Shown: piece after piece, positions 59,701-64,000 of the stretch
Position numbering within the stretch: position 1 is the first letter of the stretch
How the letters are laid out: the number at the start of each line of letters is the position of its first letter
Origin: Strigamia acuminata
Lineage: Eukaryota
Direction of reading: 5' to 3'
Assembly (NCBI GenBank): GCA_949358305.1
Contig: OX442314.1
Span: forward strand, 20,522,001-20,586,000
Length of the DNA: 64,000 nucleotides
The notes under the pieces: generated by a model
What the model was told of the DNA's origin: nothing
The model's input: the letters and a program-made list of their open reading frames with translations, nothing else
The model's database searches: none
Program-made: the position numbers and the translations under genes

Positions 59701-62562
59701 AAGACCATGATTTTTCTACAAATATTACCATGAAGTTCTTGCACTGAAAAAAATCTGTGTACTGTAGTATTGCGAAAACACAAGGTCTGTGTGTAGTGTT
59801 TATGTTTTTAAACATGCCAATTTGGAGTTCTGGGTAGCTTAATGGGTAGAGCACCTGTCCGGCAAACAGGGAATCTGGGTTTGACTCCCGGCCTTGGGCT
59901 CTTTGACCAGTAATTTGGGAGACCATGAATTGTAATTTTTGGGGGCGACATGAAGGGTTATATTCTTGGTGAATTTTTTTATTATTATTTTGGTAATAGG
60001 CACAATGGGAGATCCTGTGAAAATTCGTTCATGGCAAATCGCTGGTTTGCCTAAAGACAGAGTTTCCGTGCAGAATGGTTTAATTGCGGAGTATAATGAA
60101 CGATGGCCGCTTTTTATTGATCCTCAGGGACAAGCAAACAAATGGATTAAGAATTTGGTATTCTTATATCGAAATTTTGTTAGAAATTTATTTTTAGTTT
60201 TAATTATCTGAATTGTTTTTAGAACAAAGAGTCTGGCCTTTTAGTGTTCAAAATGTCAGAAAAAGATATATCAAAAATTCTAGAAAAGGCTGTACAATAT
60301 GGAATGGCTGCTCTCTTAGAAAAACTTGGAGAGGAGCTTGATCCTGTCTTGGATCCTGTGTTACTTAATCAGGTGAAATACATCAGAAATTAAGATTTTT
60401 TCGTTTTGGGAATTGTTATATTATGCATGGAATTATTTTGTGGGGAAAAAGTGTACTAAATTTTCTGGGAATAACTTCGATATTGTGGGGGACGAATTTC
60501 AAATACTATACTGTATATATAACATTTGGAATTACTCCGAAAAAAATAATTTTGAATTTTATGTATTAATTTTCGAATTTATTTCCTTTATACGTTTGAT
60601 AGCGGTACATTGAAATGAAAGAAAATTATTCAATGTAGTTTCTAAACTTAGGCTATTTTTTAACTGGTTCTCATGTATTGCCTTATAATGTATTGCCTTA
60701 CTAGGTATTTTATAAAGGACAAATATTGATGATGAAAATTGGAGATAATTTGATTAGATATCACGAAGACTTTCGATTTTATATGACTACTTCGTTTCCA
60801 AACCCAAATTTTACTCCTGAAGTAAGCCTCAAAGCTGCCGTTTTAAATTTCACTCTTGCTCCTAGGTATGTAATTATTTCTTTTTAGCAAAAGTGTTATT
60901 TTATTTATGCCTAGCTTTTCTGATGAACACTGAGAAAGATTGCTTTTGCGGCAATTAAAGGGAAATATCAGAAACATTTAGATTTTTCAAAACAAATTAA
61001 AAATTGATGACTAAACTGAAAAATTAATTTCTATAATTTGACTTAAAGATGACTTATTATAGAAGTAAAAGCTGCCTAAAATTTAATTACTTCAAAACAA
61101 ATAGCAGTACTATATTTTTAAATACTAATTAAAAATAAATAAAAATAAAAAATGATAAATGCGAAGCAAAGCTATTTACACACGGAAGTCGTTTGAAATT
61201 TTCTGAGAAACAATTTACCGTATTTTATCGATTAAGAGCCGCGGCTCTTATTCAAAACTGCCATTTTTGTCAGCAATGACAATTTCGGTTTTTTGTTTGT
61301 TACATTTGTTTAATGTAACAAACGAAGTCTGAATGTCACGAACGAAGCCTACGTTTATCGTTCGTGAGGTTAAATAGGGAAACAATACCGTACTTTTGCT
61401 AAAAATACTGTATTCTTGGTGTCTCAGCTGCGGCTACGATTCGAGGGCGACTCTTAATCGGTAAAATAGGGTAATTTACTTTACTTGCTCGTAATTGCAA
61501 CAAGATACATGAGACGAGAAATTCCTGAGTGGCAATTTATATTAAAAACATTTGTTTTTCTCTCTCGCTCTGGTTCAGTGGACTTGAAGACCAATTGTTG
61601 GCAACTGTTGTTGCAGAAGAAAGACAGGACTTAGAAATTGCAAAAAATGAGCTTATTGTGAACAACGCTCAAATGAAACAAGATCTCAAAAATCTTGAAG
61701 ATCAATTGCTTTTTCGCCTCAGCTCCTCGGAAGGAAATCCTGTCGATGACATCGAGTTCATTGAACTTCTTGAGGCCTCCAAAAAGAAATCAGCTGAGAT
61801 TAAGGTTTGTTTTCTTTGCCTCAAAAACAGATGAAATAAGTGTTTAACTTGCGAATTAAATAGCCTTTTTAGTAATTTAAGTCACTAACACTCAATAGAT
61901 AATTCGTTTGCAGTAGTACTTGAGACTGCTTAAACTTTACCGACTCGCGACCTCTTTTCGCCAAAGAAAGTTTTATGCGATTCCACGTAATTTATGTGCT
62001 ATCTTCTATTTTATAGAAAAAGGTTGCAGCAGCTGAAATAACTGAGAAAATAATTGATGAAACACGTAGCCAGTATATTCCCGTGGCTGTTCGTGCTCAG
62101 ATTCTATTCTTTTGCATGTCGGGGCTTGCAGTTATTGATCCGATGTATCAGTATTCGTTGGAATGGTTCCAGGCTTTATACGTAACGTGCATTCGTGATT
62201 CGGAAAATTCAGGTAAACGTCAAATTCTTTAATATTAGGTGCATAACTGCATTCAAACTAGTCGAATTAATTTTTTTGAGTAAAACGAGCTTAGGGTGAT
62301 GAATAAACACTACTATTTCGACAATTCCGCCCGCAAATTTGATTTCTTTAAATAATTCTAGTGATGCCGAGATAAATTCGGTTGTTTATAATTGTATATT
62401 TTTTTTCTAGCTGATTTGAAAGTACGGATTGAAAACGTCAACGAATACTTCACTTTTAATATGTTTACTAGTGTGTGCCGGTCGTTGTTTGATAAACACA
62501 AACTTATGTTTGCTTTTCTGATGGCAATTCGTATAAAGATGAATGATGGCGAGATAGATATG
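5313..62562 (+). CDS. DNAH1: Axonemal inner-arm dynein heavy chain, DNAH1-like (partial: 5' and 3' ends outside window), 56 exons
   Basis: Exons read by hand: 5313-5565, 5679-5839, 5895-6106, 6175-6342, 6403-6533, 7817-7967, 8130-8323, 8388-8616, 9006-9208, 9276-9417, 9475-9829, 10667-10779, 10977-11117, 11175-11387, 14658-14822, 14883-15110, 15169-15348, 15418-15555, 17632-17795, 18650-18854, 19236-19439, 19607-19720, 22179-22328, 22415-22608, 22665-22744, 24673-24764, 42337-42488, 43714-43891, 43976-44173, 44236-44361, 44435-44686, 44775-44915, 45853-46013, 46542-46699, 47945-48118, 48266-48444, 48660-48893, 48967-49163, 49998-50133, 50210-50418, 50479-50650, 53898-54089, 54145-54264, 54353-54529, 55949-56140, 56218-56298, 56638-56724, 56971-57162, 59316-59447, 59566-59653, 60000-60157, 60223-60372, 60705-60865, 61579-61804, 62017-62212, 62411-62562. 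Sum 9551 nt = 2 + 3183 codons, phases consistent. DNAH1-type motifs: [73 protein letters not shown]. Confidence 0.92.
8710..8833. repeat. AT-rich inverted repeat (hairpin/MITE-like) in dynein intron
   Basis: TATAGTTCAATTTTATTTAACGTTTGATTTAAAAATAAT ... ATTATTTTTAAATCAAACGTTAATTAAAATTGAACTATA. Confidence 0.75.
12734..13444. mobile_element. pogo/Tigger-type MITE with internal 23-bp tandem repeat
   Basis: TA|CCGTCTTCCCTCGAATATAACGTCATGACG ... CGTCATGACGTTATGTTCGAGGGAAGACGG|TA; internal (CAATTCGTGTCCAATTCGTTTTA)n at about 12887-13040. Confidence 0.85.
13042..13157. mobile_element. GC-rich palindromic hAT-like MITE nested in the pogo MITE
   Basis: CAGGGCCGTGCCGACCTA...TAGGTCGACACGGCCTTG; imperfect 8-bp flanks ATAATTCG / TTAATTTG. 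Confidence 0.65.
13695..14635 (+). mobile_element. Deleted Stowaway/plant-mariner (DD39D)-like element with transposase N-terminal remnant (13938 to about 14130)
   Basis: Left end CTCCTTTTGTCTCAAATTATGG, right end ATAATTTGGGACAGAGGGAA|TA (Stowaway-like CTCCCTCYGTCCC). Remnant [45 protein letters not shown] resembles the DD39D N-terminal HTH. Confidence 0.6.
14148..14371. mobile_element. pogo/Tigger-type MITE nested in the DD39D-like element
   Basis: TA|CCGTATTTTACCGAGTAAGAG ... CTCTTAATCGGTAAAATACGG|TA; same family as 61218-61471. Confidence 0.8.
17818..17990. mobile_element. Degraded copy of the CCGTATTTTA MITE family
   Basis: CGATTAAGAGCCGCGG ... GCCGTGGCTCTTATTTCGAAGAAATACG; internal similarity to 61218-61471. 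Confidence 0.5.
18650..22744 (+). CDS. DNAH1: Dynein exons 20-25: AAA1 (catalytic) module
   Basis: Walker A GPAGTGKT, Walker [51 protein letters not shown]. Confidence 0.95.
22918..23448 (-). mobile_element. Tc1-like deletion derivative with decayed transposase N-terminus
   Basis: Imperfect TIRs (GGCCAAAAGTATTAGACCA / TGGTCTAATAATTTTCACC). Minus-strand ATG at 23314 gives [44 protein letters not shown]..., with stops and frameshifts. Confidence 0.65.
23867..24020. mobile_element. Palindromic MITE (GCTGCATTCAA family, Harbinger-like)
   Basis: Near-perfect palindrome centred on CATGTGACGTCATTCCCAT...ATGGGAATGACGTCACATG; a half copy lies at about 23655-23710. Confidence 0.8.
24673..44915 (+). 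CDS. DNAH1: Dynein exons 26-32: AAA2 module, interrupted by the 17.6-kb intron 24765-42336
   Basis: [73 protein letters not shown]. Confidence 0.92.
26870..27072. mobile_element. Tc1/mariner-type MITE (CAGTCGTGGACAAAAAAA family) in the likely GPCR 3' UTR
   Basis: Ends TTTTTGTCCACGACTG|TA; inverted homolog of 32377-32574. Confidence 0.75.
27223..31131 (-). CDS. CNMaR: Class A neuropeptide GPCR, CNMamide-receptor-like, 442 aa; coding exons 31131-30168 and 27587-27223
   Basis: 7TM motifs GN (TM1), [13 protein letters not shown] (TM2), [22 protein letters not shown] (TM3), [20 protein letters not shown] (TM6), [14 protein letters not shown] (TM7). Phase-1 intron GCAG|GTATGT...TTCTTAG|AT joins NA-D-ASKP in frame; 964+365=1329 nt. 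N-terminal sequons NHT and NVS. Subfamily call is from remembered motif similarity. Confidence 0.85.
27883..28169. mobile_element. hAT (Charlie-like) MITE with perfect 8-bp TSD
   Basis: GCCTAGAC|CAGGGGTCGGCAA ... TTGCCGACCGCTG|GCCTAGAC. Confidence 0.85.
32265..32624. mobile_element. GCTGCATTCAA-family MITE carrying a nested Tc1-type MITE (32377-32574)
   Basis: Host arm ACATG-TA-CAGACACG is split by the insert, with TA duplicated at 32375-32376 and 32575-32576. Confidence 0.85.
32858..33621. mobile_element. Tc1/mariner non-autonomous element with ~300-bp TIRs
   Basis: TA|CAGGGTGTTCTAAAAGTCTGTACCCCTCC ... GGAGGGGTACAGACTTTTAGAACACCCTG|TA; arms about 32858-33160 and 33330-33621. Confidence 0.9.
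35694..36368. mobile_element. pogo/Tigger-type MITE hosting a Harbinger-like MITE (35794-36280)
   Basis: TA|CAGTCGAACCTCGTTATAACG ... CGTTATAACGAGACTCAAATG|TA; inner TIR GGTGCGTTCAATATAAAATGGATTT is related to 4697-5189. Confidence 0.75.
36920..37350. mobile_element. Second, truncated copy of the CAGGGGTCGGCAAG hAT MITE with A-rich internal repeats
   Basis: Shares CAGGGGTCGGCAAGTAATT, AACCAAATAAACCCCC..AATAAACAC and GTCCAAGTTTC.ACCTTCCGC with 27883-28169. Confidence 0.75.
38240..38351. mobile_element. 112-bp near-perfect palindromic Harbinger-like MITE
   Basis: GGTGCATTCAATAAGTCTAAAACGTATGCAAAACTCGTTTCGTGTTTGCAC ... GTGCAAACACGAAACGAGTTTTGCATACGTTTTAGACTTATTGAATGCACC. Confidence 0.85.
40412..40480 (-). 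ncRNA. Candidate pre-miRNA-like hairpin
   Basis: Minus strand TGAGCTTCGCTGTGTGGCATGTTT-loop-GAGTGTTCCACTGCAGTGAAGCTCA pairs well with several G:U pairs; no recognised family. Confidence 0.25.
41157..41228 (-). promoter_or_regulatory. Candidate Inr/TSS and non-coding first exon of the nested GPCR
   Basis: Minus-strand TCAGTG (arthropod Inr-like) at 41228-41223, followed about 70 nt later by a strong donor TAG|GTAAGC. The GPCR ATG exon has an acceptor TTTCAG|G at 31194 that needs an upstream exon. Confidence 0.3.
43349..43665. repeat. Minisatellite, ~14 x 23 bp (TCGTGAATAGATTTGTAAATTTA)
   Basis: Directly visible tandem array ending about 50 bp before the acceptor at 43713. Confidence 0.95.
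45853..48893 (+). CDS. DNAH1: Dynein exons 33-37: AAA3 module and lid
   Basis: [80 protein letters not shown]. Confidence 0.93.
46807..47860 (-). mobile_element. Decayed mariner-like element
   Basis: TA|CAGGGTGTTT ... AAACACCCTG termini; minus-strand remnant FWFQQ-(D)GA near 47565-47520 resembles the QQDGAP motif; internal AATGCATTT/AAAATACATT repeat block at 47250-47480. Confidence 0.55.
48967..54089 (+). CDS. DNAH1: Dynein exons 38-42: AAA4 module
   Basis: [72 protein letters not shown]. Confidence 0.92.
51323..51884. mobile_element. Large palindromic foldback/MITE with TCGCGAA subterminal repeats and GC-rich (GTC/GAC) core
   Basis: AAAACCGAAATTGGGATGGACTAATCGATAGCTGTCAGT ... ACTGACAGCTATCAATTAGTCCATTCCAATTTCGGTTTT; arms extend about 51407-51884. 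Confidence 0.75.
52501..53498. mobile_element. Non-autonomous TIR element, superfamily unclear
   Basis: GAGGCGCATGATATATCACGAAAA ... TTTTCGCGATATATCATGCGCCTC; internal inverted repeat 52650-52700 / 52834-52880. Confidence 0.7.
54145..59653 (+). CDS. DNAH1: Dynein exons 43-50: coiled-coil stalk and microtubule-binding domain
   Basis: [80 protein letters not shown]. Confidence 0.92.
58130..59210. mobile_element. Inverted-repeat element with TTTCATCGAA repeats and (TTAGG)3 tract, hosting a Tc1-like insert
   Basis: TCGGATCACTTCCTCGAATCCCATTTCA ... TGAAACGGGATTTGAGGAAATGACCCGA; host motif GGTA-CGTTTCATC split at TA by the insert. Confidence 0.65.
58376..59151. mobile_element. Tc1/mariner-type non-autonomous element with ~150-bp TIRs
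   Basis: TA|CAACCCGCACTCATGTGTATTGGGCCGCTTGTATTTTTTGATG ... CATCAAAAAATACAAGCGGCCTAATACACATGGGTGCGGGCTAG|TA. Confidence 0.85.
59828..59898 (+). pseudogene. tRNA-like sequence (SINE head or tRNA pseudogene)
   Basis: A box TAGCTTAATGGGTAGAGC, stem-loop CCTGT-CCGGCAA-ACAGG, degenerate B box GGTTTGACTCC. Confidence 0.6.
60000..62562 (+). CDS. DNAH1: Dynein exons 51-56: AAA5 module and strut
   Basis: [64 protein letters not shown]. Confidence 0.93.
61218..61471. mobile_element. pogo/Tigger-type MITE
   Basis: TA|CCGTATTTTATCGATTAAGAG ... CTCTTAATCGGTAAAATAGGG|TA. Confidence 0.8.
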
Positions 62563-64000
62563 GTAAGCGAAGGAACATCGAACATGTGTTGACATGAGTT
62601 ATACATTAGTTATACAGTTGAAGGGTATATAATTTTAATGCATGCAAAATAATTTCTACGTTCAAAACTAAAACTAATAAAGCGTAAACTTGAAGCTTTC
62701 AGGAAAATTTCATTTTTCTGCTTGACTTATTACATATGTTGAGTGGCAACTGTCGGAAGACCAAAAACTAAACATTTATATTCTTTGAATTTTGTATCTC
62801 GTAAATAATACGATGTTGTTGCATTAGAAGTGTGGAAACTATTCAAATTGCGGTACTGTTTTCAAAGAATAGAGAGACAGCTAACGTGTTTGTCTGGAAT
62901 TTATATTCTTCTTTGGCCAGCATGCAGCTTTTAAAAAGACAAATTTTATTCATTATTTTATGACTCTTTTTGGCCTAGACCCACTCTTTTCTGCTTGGCA
63001 TTATGTCAGAAGTCACAAACATCGAAAAAGCAAGGTCGTTATTCGCAAATGGAATAAAATCTCGTAAATCTCGCGAAACATTGGTGTGTTATAGGAAATA
63101 GTAAATTACAATTATTTTGGCCTTGTCGTTTATGAGCTTGGGAATTGGACGCACACGAATGAGTAGTTTAGGTCTCCTCGACAGAGAAGCTAATTCTGTG
63201 GTAATATTTGTGTTGCATCAACTATTACTTTGGTGTTAAAGTACGTTTTCTTCTCGGAATCGCCGGTTATAAAGAAACCATTGCTCTTTGTTTTGTTTTC
63301 AAATATTCTTTGTTTGTTGAAACAATAGGGGGTCGGTTCGGAGTCGTTCAAACATAAACTGCTACATCTGCCCTGTGGTATCGATTACGGTTCAACGAAC
63401 AATGGCGAGAAAAACAAGAGACATTTATTTTTATCTTTACTTATTTTATTTCTTTTATGGTGTTGGGTGACTATAAGTTGGTCACAAAAGTTGAGAAATT
63501 GGACATAAAGGAAATTTAAGTGCTTTCTAGTCTTTAATATATGGGGTAGCCATTCTTATATTTCACGGAAACTGAAAACTATGCGCGATCGTAAACAGGA
63601 GTAATGTCTTAGGAGTCCTTTCATCAATTAACGTCCGTACCAATAAGACTTGGAAATTTTGCTCTTTATAAATTTATATCTAGTCATTTACAAACACATT
63701 TTTGGATATAAATACATACAAATCCAAATTTTCATTTTATGACAAAACAAATTCAAATTTTATTAATCAAAGTTAATTTTTAACGAAAATTTTGGTTATA
63801 TCGATTGTATAATTTAATTGCGTAATATCTTTTCATTTCAATTTGCATAAATGAACAATAAGTATTTTCGAATCAATATTCTCATTATAAAGTTTCCTTT
63901 TTTTTCGTATTGACCTTATTTATAGATCTCAACAAAAAAGTAAATCATTTTATAACACAATCATAATCACAACGATGTTTTCATTCTGCTACGGCATGAC

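Noticed and set aside
59828..59898. Functional tRNA-Ala(GGC)
   Set aside because: T-loop is TTTGACT, position 33 is not U, and the acceptor stem is poor; treated as a pseudogene or SINE part.
5313..62562. Dynein pseudogene or several separate dynein genes
   Set aside because: The short ORF fragments join into one colinear, phase-consistent frame with domains in normal order.

Overview
AT-rich, intron- and transposon-rich eukaryotic genomic DNA from an invertebrate (probably an arthropod; this is inference). Most of the window is one large + strand axonemal dynein heavy chain gene, DNAH1-like. I traced 56 phase-consistent exons from 5313 to 62562 (about 3,180 codons) covering tail, linker, AAA1-AAA5 and stalk; the 5' and 3' ends lie outside the window. 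Its 17.6-kb intron (24765-42336) holds a complete antisense class A neuropeptide GPCR gene (CNMamide-receptor-like, 442 aa, two coding exons). One dynein intron needs a GC donor. The introns carry many non-autonomous DNA transposons (pogo/Tigger, Tc1/mariner, PIF/Harbinger, hAT), often nested. Also present: a decayed DIRS-type tyrosine-recombinase retroelement with a perfect 96-bp inverted repeat, a Stowaway/plant-mariner (DD39D)-like element, a tRNA-Ser-like sequence split in its anticodon loop by a MITE, and a pre-miRNA-like hairpin. I found no CRISPR or prokaryotic system and no firm evidence of a wholly new system. All family assignments are from motif recognition, not database searches.
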